This document shows positions 39,528-53,562 of a stretch of 248,000 nt of DNA, one piece after another. Origin of the DNA: Wallemia ichthyophaga EXF-994 (lineage: Eukaryota; Fungi; Basidiomycota); assembly GCF_000400465.1 (NCBI RefSeq), contig NW_008806277.1, positions 20,001-268,000 of the forward strand, in the 5' to 3' direction. Every line of letters begins with the position of its first letter. Within the stretch, counting starts at the first letter, position 1. The position numbers and the translations under genes were made by a program. A model generated the notes under the pieces. That model had not been told where the DNA came from. It was given only the letters and a program-made list of their open reading frames with translations, and made no database searches.

Positions 39528-39606
39528 CATTATTGTAAGATTCATCACAAGACATTTGAGTCAAATGCACCTGTGTGAAATATTAGTGCTTTATCACACA
39601 ACAACC

Positions 39607-39975
39607 ATGTTCAAAGGAGCAAGATTAGTTAACTCATGCGCACTCAGATGCAGCACTCGTAGATACGTAATGACCCAAGACGGGGCAACTGCGAAAGCTG
39701 TGCAGTGGAAAGAGCGTGAACAGGCACTAGAGAAGGCTTACATTGCCACAAGAGATACTGAAAACCTCCTCAAGTTGAAAAACAGTCTTGAGAAGAGCAT
39801 CGAACACATCGACAGTCACTTAAACGCACCGCCCGAGAAGGTACAGAAATCAACTCTTACAAACTCACTAGAGAGTGAGCAAGACCGCACAGCTCAGATT
39901 GATTCACTTGAGAAAGAGCTCGAACTCATTTCCAAGCGCTTGGCTTCGTTGGAAGCGGGCTCAAGACATATTTGA
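39607..39975 (+). CDS. ATP synthase inhibitor IF1-like
   Basis: WKEREQALEKAY..LLKL coiled coil after presequence. Confidence 0.55.
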   Translation: MFKGARLVNSCALRCSTRRYVMTQDGATAKAVQWKEREQALEKAYIATRDTENLLKLKNSLEKSIEHIDSHLNAPPEKVQKSTLTNSLESEQDRTAQIDSLEKELELISKRLASLEAGSRHI

Positions 39976-40016
39976 GTTTTTGACTGCTATCACGAATAAA
40001 TAAACCGATACAAACA

Positions 40017-43000
40017 TCACGGCCTCATTTTGTTACTATCATACGCATTGAATATTTTCTCTACCATGGTCTTGCTTGATGAGTTACTGTCTAATCTTGA
40101 AAGAGTCAGTTGAAGCATCAGTTTGAGCGCGCTCCTTGGTAATTCCTTGCAAGCATCTATCTGATTAAACATAGCCATCACCGTACCTCGATCTGGATAA
40201 TTGTGTGCTGATAAATAGACACCGGCTTCCCATTCAGGTCTTTTCCCAATAAGGACATCCCTAAGCACATGCTCTTCCACGCCACCTTTGCAAAGTGTTC
40301 GGATAGCGTAAGTTATCATTGAGCTTTGCAGCAGTGGTGCGAGATAACCTAGCACACTCCTTAATGTGCCTCTATATGCGGCCTGCAGGTAATTGAGCTC
40401 GCGAGCACTCAGAACAAGCTCTGTCGAGTTAGACCGAGAGTATGTCTTTTTATGTGCAAGATTGCATAAGCGGTTCAAGGTCAAATGATACCAAACACTG
40501 ACAGGCTTGTCATTAGACAGCGCATCCAACAGCACAGCATCGATGAAATTGCAGCTGCCTCCAGACCTAGCGAAGCTTGCTAGAGACGACAAACTGCCAC
40601 TCAGCTCCAGACTATTACCGACTTCTTCGTAGTTTTCGGAACGTAGCAGCCCCTGGTCGGGTGTGAGATCCGTCCTCAGGTTGGCTACAAGGTCAAGTCC
40701 AGCCTTATTTCTGCTAGCGGTAGACTTCAGATTGCGAGGATCAGCTGCGTAGCTCAAATATCCTGCTTTCTTCTTAACGTAGAAAGTCTGTGATGTCTTG
40801 AGATTCTTCAGACTGTTCTCATCGTTGAAATCAATAACAAGCGGCCAATATCTGGGCGAATCAATCTTCAGGCTGAGCAGTCTAGAATATTTGGGCACGA
40901 GCGTTGGCGCTATCATCCTCATGCTTTTCGGCATCTTGTCCAATTCGTCGACAGCCTTGATCTTAATGGGAACATAGACAGCCTCATTAGTCTTGACATC
41001 GCGCGGAATAAAGCATCGTTTCTGTACAGCCTTCACCCACAAATGTCTGTATGCGAATGAATGGTTTGACTGATCGGCTGGCGTCATTGGCCATTTGGGG
41101 TACAGAGCGCACAAGAGGAATCCAACAGCTTCGTTTGAGTTAGTGAGCGTGTACTCTCCGCCTCCTAGAAATAGTAATCCAAGTGCCATATGCGTCGCCA
41201 TCTGTGAGCCGAAGTTTCTGCCACTTGATGCACCGAATTGACCGTGAGCTATGCGGAGACGCTTCAAGATTCCAAGTTCGCCAGTGCCAGCCATAACCGC
41301 CGCTAGTGCTACGGTTATTGTGTTCAGACCTGACCTGATTGCTGCTCGTTTCACTTTGCCCTCGTATGTGATAGCTGGAATGGGAGTCAAAGTGTCAGTC
41401 CATTAACCATCGCATTGTCACACAACCCACATTTAATCGATGCGGCTTGTGTGAAGAGATCCATATAGTAAAGTAGACACTCAAACGCATCGTCTTCGGC
41501 TGTACCCGCAAATTTGAGTCCTTGAGCAAGACATGCGCCGGCGACGATGTTGTAGTAGCCCAATTCGATACTATCATCCACAGACTCAAACCTATCCTTC
41601 TTTCTATCAAGAGCAGATCGTATGAACTGGGGTATTTGACTCTCAACCCACTCCTTCTTCCTGCCAATCGAATCCCACATGATGAGATTCTTGGCGAGAG
41701 TTCTAAATAGGAGGAAATCAGGTCTGATCCAATCTAATTCAGTGGAGTTGTGGGGTAGATCCATTAGAGACGCCACGTCGCTTCTCTCAGACTTTAGAAA
41801 CCACATTGCGAGTGCCAGTGTCGCGCCGGGACTGGTAAAGTTGGCGTCAAGGGCGTCAAACTCGATGCCCGACTTGTTGTGGCCGTGCTTATCGCCATGC
41901 ATATAGTGTCTCAGTTTTGTAATCATCTGCGTCTCTGATGGCGATGTCGCTTCTTTACCTTTCGCGAGCATGACTAATCCGAAGCCAAGAGCTGCCGATA
42001 ACGAGTAGCTTCCTCGCACGCTACCCTTTCCTTCGTTTGAAGGGACATCCACTCCACCGATCTCGCCAAGCAGAATCTCAGCCTGGCGTCTCTGCCGTGT
42101 ACCAAGGTGCGCAACACCCAAGCTGAACAGTCCTGCCGCCTGTGTGAGCCCCGAAAGATTGAATTCCAGTTGGTGAGTTGGTAGTATCGCGGGTACGTGT
42201 AGCGAGAAAGCCCCTATCAACCGTTCCGGCGGATCGCCTGCATAACTGATAGCAACACCAAGCATCGTCCCTATTGTCATAAATTCATTCTTGGGCTCGA
42301 GGAACTTCTGCACGTGCCCCAGCCACATACTGCGCAAATGGCCATTCATTCCTAGCCCCAGCATCAGACCAGAGTGACGCGCTGACATGACATTCTTGCT
42401 CGGTTTATTTAGCATGATCCAGCTCTCGTCCACTGTGAGCTGCTCATTCAGCTTCAAAGCTGAGGCGACACCATTTGAAAACTCCCCCCATTCTTTGAAT
42501 TCAGTCATGATTGCTGTGGATTCGATGTTGTACGTCGTGTTAGTCGGTATCATGCGCACACGATAGTCAAAATCCGGTATCTGTAGTGGACCTGCTGGAA
42601 CACTCTGACTTGTTCCGTAAGTCAGCATACCACGTCCATATGGCAGACTTAATGTGCGTTCTGGCATCTCGTTCGTAACATTTTCCTGCTCTTTCAAAAA
42701 GTCTGGTTCACTGTATTCTAGTTAGAGGGAGTTTTACCAAACAAGAAGCAAACCCACAGCAGTCCACTGGTGTTGAGAAAGCGCATGTTTGTCAACTCGC
42801 TGCCATCCAACATCTTTGCTACCTCTTTCAAGCGATGATCCTGTGAGAATCTCAACTTTGGTATTTCCATATTATCAAATTCGACACCGGAGCAATTCTT
42901 GTTTGAAGCATTACTTTCATCTTCCTTTTTAGTTTTAACTATATTCTTGATGGTCTCCATAGACGGTAAATCGCGCACATCATCACTCTTACCCTGCCGC

Positions 43001-45441
43001 TCTTTGGCATTAGCATTTGCGACAAGGTCCTCTCTCCCTATGAGCTGGTACGCTTCTGCTGACCATCGCAGTTTCGGTCTCATCTGGCATACACGCAGGA
43101 CCTCCTGCAAAATTACTGAGAGTTGTAGCGGTAGAGTTCTGATTTTTTCATTCGTGAAGCCATTACGTATCAACTCATCCACCGTGCCTTCGAGATTGTT
43201 GTCTCCTATCAACGTAAATACTTTTTGTAATGCTACTGTCGACTGTAGTTGCTGAGGCGGTATGACAGGATAAGAAGACGAGTTTCTATCCATCCTGCAC
43301 TGCAGATCTTTGTAGATACTCGGAGGCGGCTGGATATCAATTTCAACAGACGCATGGCTTCCACAGTCAAAAGGCAGAGGGGTATATTCCCCAGCCCATC
43401 GCTGCCACCAGCCTACATAGTCTTCGCGACGTGCAGCCTTACTCAGCCATCCTAGAATCGGAGCGAGATTAGCGAGATTCTCAAACCTCGTCGTGGTATC
43501 CAATAGCACATCTTCTGCAACAAGATGCAGAGCGAGCAAGACGTGATGAAGCGCTTGCGAATGCGGCTTCAAATCAGAAGCAGATTTGTGTTGCTCTTTC
43601 TTCATTGACTCAGGAGGAACTGCGAATATATTCGAGCTTCTCAGAGCGCGTTGATGGGCTTTAGTGTTGGTCAACCTATTCCAGCCATTGCTCATTGCTG
43701 CAGTGGGTGTTTCAAGGTGCTCGCATCGTATAAAATCAGCTAGTGTACTGATTAAAGCTTCAAGACCCTTATTTTGTGGTGTGAAGTGCTTAAACATTTT
43801 CCTTGCAAAGTCCGCTTTTTCTTCGTTGGTGCAGAGAGATGAAATGAGACTGGTGCACGATTTAACAACAGGTTCAATCGGCCACTGACCCAAGTTGAAA
43901 CGTCGAACTTTGGAAGTGGTAGTTTCGATTGTGAGACAGCTGCCATTGACATCCTTGAATGCTCTCGGTAGATCTCGTGAATCTTGAAACAAGCATGGAA
44001 ATAGTATAGACTTGGGTGATTTGTGTATGAGAATATGAAGTTGTTTGGCATTATCGAGAATAACCAGCTCATCGGTATGCTCCTGGGTACATCTAATGCT
44101 AGTCACCGCAGTAGCTACGGGGAATCCAGTATCCTTTTCTTCAATATGCAGCTGACTGGTTATGGGAAGGATGGGGTCTCGGCTCACTTTGATGACTATC
44201 AATTGCGATGACAGGCCAGAGAAATGGATGGCGAGAGAAATTTCGCTTTCAGACTGATCGAATGCGTGAGCGGAGGGAGTGCTGTAACGTCCAAATTAAA
44301 GATATTTCAAAAAGCATTAAAGCACGCACCTCGAATCTATATCAGCTGCTTTGCATTCCCAAAGCAAATCGATAAAAACGTCAGACTCGCTGGAAAGCGT
44401 CTGAGTCTCATCGGGTTTCGAGCCTGGTGGAGCTCTGTTGGAAGCAGATTCGCCAGCGAGAATCATTCTATCCATGGTGAGACTGATATCGCTATTATCG
44501 AACGTATTCTCGAGAGTAGTGTTGACCTTAGACTTGATACTGCTCCTACGACGATTCGGCTGCGGTCTCGGTGTTGAAGATCTCTTTAAGTTTGAAGACA
44601 CAATTGGAGCATTCGGGAGGGAGGAAGGTGCGGCATAATCAGGGGAGGGAGGATTGGTTTTGATGGGATGTTTGAGTCTGGTATAACGAAAAACACTGAG
44701 TGTCTTTGATTGTGAGTCAAACGAGATGAGAAATGGCCAATTGTGTTTTGTGGATTGGTTGTGTGGTTGCATGGGAGTGATGAGGACGATGCGAGATTTT
44801 GGACGCGGGGTGAAATCGAAAGGCCTGATAGGATTTCTGTAAGCGTCATAGCCTTTGCAGCCACCAATTGGTCTCCAAGGGTGCCAAATACCAGATAAAA
44901 CAGCCCAAGAGGACACCTTTTCACCGGCTCTGCGAGCGTCACTGCGTTCTACGAGCCAACCAAGGCCAAGGTCCCAGCTTCTGTAGAGGTTGAAAGGGAG
45001 TGGAAGAGAGTAATCAAGACCAGGATCGAGGAAGAACAAGCGTGCGAGATTAGCAGTGGAACTGATTGCCAAATCGAGGTCATTCTCGTTTGTGTTTGAG
45101 GTGAGGGTGGAGTGTAAAAACACTATGAGGCACTCTCTAGGCTTATCGTCTGCGCTGTTGAGATGGAGTTGTCCAAAAGACGCGTGTGAGATGTTGAGAT
45201 GATCGCTGTCGAATTTGAGAATGCGCTGGATATGCGAGTGGCTGCTAACAACGAGATGAGAATTCTGCCACGTGAGCTCGCGTTGGCCATGTAGAGATCT
45301 ATGCAATGGCAGTGGCAGCGGGGGCTGGTAGAGCTTAAATAGGCCAGGCTCAATGGAAGGAGGTGGTGGAGGATACGACGGGGATTTATTTATCTTATTA
45401 AGGTAGATGGTCGCAGGTGAATTGAGATTTATAATTTCCAT
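40017..45441 (-). CDS. APC1: Anaphase-promoting complex subunit 1
   Basis: PC repeats LPYGRG, GLMLGLG, HMALGLLFLGGG, YRHLWV; multi-exon. Confidence 0.92.
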
Positions 45442-46785
45442 CTCATCGGCGTTTGATTTTGAGATTTGAGATAAGAAACTCAGGTTAGATTAGAACGATC
45501 AAATTCGATTTAGAATAAAAATGAAATTAGGGGATTCACTCGTCAGCTAGCCTCCGCTGGAATCATCTAACTTACTGAGCCACTGGCCATTGACCATCTC
45601 AGCAATTCTAACGCCTCAAACTTGCACGTAGATTCAGTCTAAAGAACGGCTCGGACAGCCACATAGTCTGTTGGAGAATCCTTGATAGATCTCACGCTCT
45701 TCTTGCTTATCTCTTCGATAATGTCGACATCTCAAACGCCTTATGCGCAAATTTTCTCTTCTTCGTGGCCCTCCAAACAGTCTCAGATGACTCAGGCGTT
45801 CCAAGAGAATGACATTTACATATTTGCACAACTTGCACTCAAATTTATACTCAAATGGCTGGAATTTTTTTTTATAGCGCGATGTACATTTGAATGGTAG
45901 AATTGTTCTCTGATTTTATAAGATTATCGACGAATTTCTCATATCAACGATAGATTTCGTCCAATCATCTCAAATGCTGTTAGACGTTCAGGTCAAAATT
46001 TTGCAAGACATCTCGATTGGGACACTTCTGAGCTGAGTTGTTGGACTGGTTTCTGTCAAGAAGTTGCTGGTATTCATGGTGAGACTTTGTCTAATATATT
46101 AGTACTGGGTGAGTTGGAACCTTCCCGTTTGAGCGAGCTATCTGGATTATTTCAATCACTGGCTATACTCCTATTCAAAGTACACTCAATCACTCAATTC
46201 TACCAAAACCGTCTCCAAAACGTTGTCAAATGGCCACTGAAACTTTCGAGGCAACACAGAATGAAGAATTGGAGAGACCTTGCTGTTTTGTCCAACACAG
46301 ATTCGCCGTTGCGGGTTGTGTCTGAAATCATACTCGATAATCTTCGACATGTTGCCGATGTCGTTATATATCTTGCTGTACAGACCAACAGGAGCGTAAT
46401 CCATCTAATTGGATATAGTGTTTTTACGGCGCTGATACACGTCGAACTGAGTTTCATGAACATTAACGTCTTTACTAATGATGAAGTGGTTTTTCCAGTT
46501 CAACACAAATGGTGGTGGGTGAGTGGGTTTTTTGTTTCCAGTCTAAGTTTCTTCAAGGTTCTCAAAACAACTACAAATACAGCAGATATTAGCAGAATGA
46601 TTACTGAGATCATGTTGAAAATATCCAACAAAAGCACTCCTTCTAGAGTAACACATAGCTCGATAAAACCCATCATCTCTGCAATCGAAGCGAGAAGTTC
46701 AGCTCAATAAGAACACAAAGTGCAGATACCACATTCAATGTATCCAATGTATCTAAAAGATACCATAAAATTTCAAAATATCTAT

Positions 46786-48060
46786 TCAGTTTCCTTGTCT
46801 TGGTTTTACACCAGGAACTGGAACCAGACGACTTTTATCCTTCCTAGCCGTCTTCTTGCGTTTAAGCTGTCTAGAAATCAAAGAGCTGCAGTAGAAAGAC
46901 ACTGGAGCTATGAGATTGTATGAGATAGCAGCTTGTAGTGGGACTTTGAGAGATAATTCGGCTGTCTCACTTTGAGGATTGCAAATTAGACCACCGAGTA
47001 GAATAAGGAGCATAGCCATACTTGCAAACACCATATGCATCAAAAAGATGGCAAAATTAGGCGCGTCAAACTTATCCAACAGAAACATCAAGCCGAATAC
47101 TGGGATGATGAAGAAAATGCCATATTGGATTAACTGTGAGAAAAATGAGCATTTGAGGCTAAATATGATGTAAACTTACATATCCAGCTACTACAAATTT
47201 CTGACCTATCCGCAGATCTCTGAAAGACAAGGCTAATAAAGAAAACAGATGCTCAAAATCAACACCCATAGCAACGGTGTACTGGGTAAGTGTGAAGATT
47301 TGCAGTGCCACAAAGACATCATTCCATCCTATCTTTTCCGGGTTTCCAGTAGGTCGGAGCAATAAAGCCACAGATGCAAACATCATTGAGCAGTAGATGG
47401 CTTGCGTTACATTGCCTTCCAATGTCATACAGCACATGATGGGATGTACAAACTCTACTGATTTGAAGAATTCGCGTCCGTGTTGTTCATTATACCATCT
47501 TCTACTGACTGAGATGACTGTTAATGATACGGTAATACTGTGAGAGTGAGAATAATAACAATCAAGTAGCGCTTACTCACGCAAATATCGTACTTTTGCT
47601 CCACGTATTTGGGATTAGTGGTAGAAGAGTACACATGGCGTAGCTCTGCAGCCACTCATCAGGTTCATAAGAAGACGACTTGATCACGTTGTATCCCAGC
47701 AAGAAAATGACAAGTGACCAAAGCCTTTGATCGTAGTAAGTGAGCTGCAGTGGTGTGAGTGAGTGAGTGAAGTTAGTGTACTAGACACGCACTACGATTG
47801 TGAGCAGAGAGAGAATAGAGATTATGACATTAGTGAGCTGCTGTCTGATAGAGCCTGTGTGATTTGTGCGATTGAATAGTGCAATACAACTATCCAAGTA
47901 AGTAGTCGCAGCTGAGTAGATGAAGGTGTTTATCACTAAGCCAACCTGACTTTCAAATGGGGCGTCTTGGATACTTAGAGCCAGGCAGCCAAATCCAGCG
48001 CAGAGTAAGATCGGGGCTCTAATGAGTGGTTTATAGAAATCAGCGTGCGCGTGCGCATGT
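46786..48060 (-). CDS. Multi-pass membrane protein, multi-exon
   Basis: Hydrophobic ORF segments 46786-47091 and 47159-47437. Confidence 0.35.
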
Positions 48061-48431
48061 GTGCTGTTGTCAAAGTTGGTATAATGCTTGAGTATGTGAA
48101 GTGAGAGCAGGAAAGAGAATCCAAAGAGAGCGGTAATGATAAGAATATCATTGAATAGTTTATTATATCTGAAATGGCGTCATTTGATGCCGAAGAGAGT
48201 GGTTGCGTCTACCAACATTTTCAAATCTTTTATAGCTCGAATCGTATCATCAATCGAAGGGATTTGGTTAAATACATATTTTGTATCGTCCATTTGCTCA
48301 ATAATTCTACCTAAATTATATTCTTCCGGATTTCGGTTGTAAACTTGCGAGCAATCATCCAACAGCCAAACTCGGCAAATAAACGGCAATGGTTTATGTG
48401 CCTTATATTAGCTCAAAGCTGCCTAATTACG

Positions 48432-50163
48432 ATGGCCCATATCCTGTCGGTGCGTTTGATTTGGAGTTGCCAGTCGATGAGGTACGACTTTTCGCCACCG
48501 ATAGAGCCCCACACAACTCACACTGACGCAGCCAGACGAAAAGCAATCTGCCAGCTTCAAGATTGATACAGATCCGGAGCCACTCAAGCTAGAAACTGTC
48601 CTCTTCACACTGTACTACCCAACAGACAAGAAAGCTTTTAACGGCAAGGGGAAGCTTATCAAGTGGTTTCCTAGGCCATTCGCTTCCACCGCTTATGGAT
48701 ATGCTAAGCTTGCTGAGATTTCTCGCACTTTTGCAGGTGAAGCACGCTGACTGCCAATTCCTAATGCGTAACTGACTTTTATACTTTAGTTTCATTCGCA
48801 CATGCTCTAGCTCGCAGCACAAAGATCCCTGCATACGATTCTGCTCCTCTCGCTTCCTGCCCCACGGGAAAATGGCCGCTTATCATCTTCTCGCACGGCC
48901 TCGGCGGGCAGAGGAGAATGTACAGCCACCTCTGCGGGAGCCTGGCTAGTCATGGATATATAGTGTGTGCAGTTGAGCACCGCGATGGAAGTGCACCAAC
49001 TTCGTGGGTCTATCCACCGCTCAACAATCGCAGCGAGCAGGGCTCGCCGAGATCAGTCACCTGGTACGACTGGAAACAGGTGAAGTTTGAAGATCCTTCA
49101 AAAGAAGAGTCCCACGTCCCTCTGCGTGACGAGCAGCTCGATTTCCGGTTGAGAGAGCTTGAGATGACCTGGAAACATCTCAAACGTATTGCTGCGGGCC
49201 AGGGCGCTGCATCTGAGCTCATGAACCATCGTAAGAAAGTAAGTGGTGCTGCAGGCCAAGTGAATTGGGATTCATTCGCAAGATGTATGGATGCAGACAG
49301 GGATGTTACTTTCATGGGCCACAGCTTCGGTGGAGCGACTATCTGCAGGGTTGCGACCAAGTCAGATGGATTTCTGCGATGCATAACACTCGATCCTGTG
49401 CGTATTTCTTTGCCATTCAATCACACCGCGGCTAACAAGACACTCCCAGTGGAGCTGGTGGGAGATTTTCCCAGAAGACGCCATCTCGTACCCCGTTTTC
49501 TCACCGCCGCATTTCGACATCAAGGTGCCTTTGCTGACGATCAATTCTGAGCAGTTCACAGTATGGCACGACAACTTCCGCTCCGTCTACGACCTTCACC
49601 GACGCCAGAAAGATAAAGGACTGCCGTCGTGGTTATTCACCATCTGCGGCACGCTTCACGCTTCATTCAGCGACATCAACCTAATTGCGCCTCGGCTGTC
49701 CAAGTACAAAGGGATGCGTATCAACCCAAAGCAAGCACTTGGCCTGACGGTGGATGTCGTGAGGGAGTTCACGAACCAAAACCCCAGCCATGACCGTACA
49801 CCTTCGATCCACACCCACGCTAGCACCGACACATCTGAGTTCTCCGTGTGTGAGAGCGAGGATGAGGAGCATGCGCGTGTTCTCGATGAAAGACGTCGCG
49901 AGAGGCCCTACGAACTCGCTGACGAGGACAAGGAGAGCATTATGAAGAGGTGGCCGCCACGTCTCCCGCCAACGTCGAAAGAGCTGATCAAGTTGAAGAT
50001 CGGAGAGCCCGGCCATTTCGTCCTGCATATCAAACCGAGAGAGGAATATGCAGGGGCAGATGTGGAAGACTCTATACCGTCGCCTACCCTCCCCAGTCAC
50101 ACACCGCCAGATACTACGAGTCAGCCTAACCAGCAGCTGCCATACAATGTGTCGGCATCGTGA
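48432..50163 (+). CDS. PAF acetylhydrolase-like alpha/beta hydrolase
   Basis: IIFSHGLGG, AVEHRDGSA, GHSFGG, HASFSD. Confidence 0.88.
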
Positions 50164-50299
50164 GCGCGGCTACCCAATCCACACACCACACACCCACACA
50201 CTAACAAAGCAAGGACATGTACTTCTAATCCCTAATTAGTTACTTTAATTGAACATTTTGTTACAATTATAATAAATTTATTTGATAGACACGCGCAGA

Positions 50300-51877
50300 C
50301 TACTCTCCCAGCGCAGCCATAGCACCGTCATATCCCTGTCTCCAGCCAGTTTCGAATTCCCACATGTTCCCACTTAGGCCTCTAAAAGCTGAGTGTTCGT
50401 CCATCCGCGCCTCGATCCATTTCCCGACGAAGCCGATTTCTGAGCGCCCGACTACGTGGTGAGAGGGAGGGCGATGATAAGCAAACATTACCTATAGGTA
50501 GTGTGTTAGCAGGCAAACAACGTAACAGCTGCCATTACACACCGCATCATCCCAACCGATCCTGAAGCCATCTTCGAATCTCCAGTGTTCGGCAACAGGC
50601 AGACCTTGAGAGGCCCAGTATTGAGCGTGAGTGTGTACAGCATGTTGGCCGAGTTCGTCTCTCTCCTCCAGCGACGCTCTGCCCTCCTCTGGCAGACCTC
50701 TCCTGCCGCCTGCCCACTGGGGGAAAGCGTGAGTGTTGACGGCCTCCTTGAAATCCCAACCGGTATCCCCGCCATGCTCCTTGCGCAGTGTCCAGAAGAA
50801 CCAGCCAGCGGTGGTGCGTTCGTAGAGTGCGAGTTGGGCGCCGATCCACATGGCGATCATATCGTGATGATCGTGTCCCGCCGTCGACCCCGGATTCAGC
50901 CCGCCACTCCACTCACCGACAATGAGACTCCCGCGGGCTTTGCGCTGCGCCTCGCCCAGGAACTCGAGATACTCCGCTTGACACCGCCCAGTATGGTCGA
51001 ACGCACTCGCGCTTGTTTGCTCCTCGGTGAAACAGCGATAGAGGTGGTGGTCGAGCATGACGAAATCTTTGCGACTGCCTACTACACCGGAATAATACTC
51101 CGTGTCCCATGCATCTCCTAGCGCTAGGGGGAAATGCGGGTGGGTCAGTGTGCGCGCTTCGCTCAGTATGTCGAGATAAAGTGATAGTAACGCATCGTTG
51201 TTCGCTGGCTCATTCACTAGCTCCACTCCTACCACATTGTCGCGAGGGGAAAAGTGTGCGATGAGGAAACGCAGCGCATGCTTGAGTACTGCGATGTTAC
51301 GCTCCTCCCACATCTTAATCTCAGGTCCAGATCTCCCAGAGTGATCATCGTGGTTTTGCTTTCCAGGTGCAGAATGTAGATCGAAGTGTACACCAATGTT
51401 CCACTTCTCCGCCCAATCTACGGCTCTTTCGATGTAGGATATAGTGTTCTCGTACACATGTCCCAGGCCTTGGAAATCTGTGCCGTCGAGATACCCTTGT
51501 CCGAGATATTTGCTGAAATGGTAGTATCCTACTGGGATACGCACCGTGTTTATACCAATACTAGACAACCACTCGAAATCTGCTTCAGTTATCCACGTCT
51601 CGTAGTGCTGCTCCATTATTTCTTTTGCATTTCCGCCGCGAGCTACATCGTGGTCTGATTGGGCTGGCTCTACCGCCTCCCTGTAGGGAGACCAGGTGAT
51701 CCACTTTTCGAGGACAAACCAGCTGCCTAGATTGACACCGCGCTGCTTACGAAATCTGTACACATCAGCGGGCGATAGGATTCTTGGTGGTATTGTGTGG
51801 TTCGAAGTGGGGTAAGCGTGAGCGTTGGATGTTGGCTCTGTCGAAAAGGATTTCTTGAGCGATTTGAAAATTCCCAT
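50300..51877 (-). CDS. GH5 exo-1,3-beta-glucanase-like
   Basis: GVNLGSWFVLEKW, RIPVGY, ELVNEP, GEWS. Confidence 0.9.
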
Positions 51878-52049
51878 AATAGTGAGACAACTTAGTATTA
51901 TAACAAAACAAGTGTTGCGTCGTAGATATTTCATATATGCGCAAGACACACACACGTGAGCAGATTATTTAATTCAAAATGAATAAGATTCACAAAAGAA
52001 AAAAGTTCATTTAATAGTCGATTAGATTATTTGGTTATATGCTTTGTAC

Positions 52050-53060
52050 TTATGCATTGCGGTGGAAATCAATAACCTGGTTGACTTCATGCTTCGAGCC
52101 CAAGAAGACAGGCACTCTCTCGTGGATAGAAGTAGGCTTGATGTCCAAGATGCGTTGTGTGCCAGTAGTGGCAATACCACCGGCTTGTTCGATGAGCATG
52201 GCCATTGGGAAACCCTCGTAGAGAATACGCAGCTTACCATCCTTGGTCTTCTTGTCGCCTGGGTAACCAAAGATACCACCGTAAAGAAGTGTTCTATGGA
52301 CATCAGCAACCATAGAACCAATGTATCTGGCGCTGTAAGGTTTGCTACCGTCTGCAGGGTTCTTGATAGAGTCAAGGTATTTGTTTACAGGTTCATGGAA
52401 GAACTTGCTGTTACCTTCATTGAAAGAGTAAATAGAGCCCTTTTCAGGAAGGGTGATGTTTTCGTGGGTGAGGATGAATTCACCGAGGGCAGGGTCAAGG
52501 GTGTAGCCATTAACGCCAGAGCCGGTGGTGATGACGAGGTTGGTGGAGGCACCATACATGGTATAACCGGCGGCAACCATATCAGAGCCCCTCTGCAGGG
52601 CGTCTTCTATGTCGCCCTTTGAGCCATCCCTGACCTTGTAGATACCGAAGATGGTACCAACGTTAACACCGGCGTCAATGTTGGAAGAACCATCGAGAGG
52701 ATCGAAAGTGACGCAGTACTTGCCCCTCTTTCCATCCTCAATGAAGACAGGATCGTCGAGTTCCTCAGAGACGAGGACAGCAGTCTTACCAGAAGCCCTG
52801 AGAGAGTTGATCATGATTTCGTTGGACAGGACATCGAGTTTCTTCTGGTCCTCGCCCTGGACGTTGGTCTCACCAGCCAAACCAACGAGGTTGATAAGCC
52901 TGGCTTTACGGACGTTGTTCGCGATGAACTTTGACGTCAGCGTGACTGAGGTGAGGAGAAGAGAAAGATCGCCAGACGCTTCAGGCGAGTTGTGCTGGTC
53001 TTCCAAGATATGGCGGGAGACAGTCTGTAAGTTTGTGTTTGAATTTGGACCTTCTGACAT
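52050..53060 (-). CDS. FBP1: Fructose-1,6-bisphosphatase
   Basis: FDPLDGSSN, RYIGSMVADVHRTL, GKLRILYE. Confidence 0.97.
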   Translation of the reverse strand: MSEGPNSNTNLQTVSRHILEDQHNSPEASGDLSLLLTSVTLTSKFIANNVRKARLINLVGLAGETNVQGEDQKKLDVLSNEIMINSLRASGKTAVLVSEELDDPVFIEDGKRGKYCVTFDPLDGSSNIDAGVNVGTIFGIYKVRDGSKGDIEDALQRGSDMVAAGYTMYGASTNLVITTGSGVNGYTLDPALGEFILTHENITLPEKGSIYSFNEGNSKFFHEPVNKYLDSIKNPADGSKPYSARYIGSMVADVHRTLLYGGIFGYPGDKKTKDGKLRILYEGFPMAMLIEQAGGIATTGTQRILDIKPTSIHERVPVFLGSKHEVNQVIDFHRNA

Positions 53061-53562
53061 GGCTGTATGGTTGAAAGAAGATGGAGCCGGCGGAGGGCTA
53101 GCGTGTGGATAGATTCGATGAGGTCATTGGATTTTGGTGGGTGGGTTATTGAGCGGTGAGTGCGCGTAAAGTCTGTGCCTCTAATGCTGGCGCTTGATCT
53201 AGTGTGTTACTCACACCTGCGTGGTTACATCACTTTACAAATGGATAAATGAATTGCGGGGGTAGTTTTGCATATATCCACCGGTACACCACACAATTTA
53301 CAAATTTATGCAATTCCACTGCCACTGCTGTGCGATGTATAGTGCGTAGTATAGCATTCCCGGGACATTCCAATGAGCACGCAAGTGGGCTGCACTGTGG
53401 GCAATCTATTGGGCCATCCAACGACAAAATACCATCGTGATTATCCTACTGCTCGCTCACAAAACTCAAATTAATTCCGGCGAAACATCCTAAATCTGAA
53501 ATCCTCCGAATCATCGCACTTCTAAATTTCTAAAGCCATCACAACGCAGCAAATCGCAAATA

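Noticed and set aside
48180-48389. Possible TFIIH subunit Tfb5 (IIEQMDDTKYVF)
   Set aside because: The N-terminal GVL..CD motif was not found; similarity is too weak to call.
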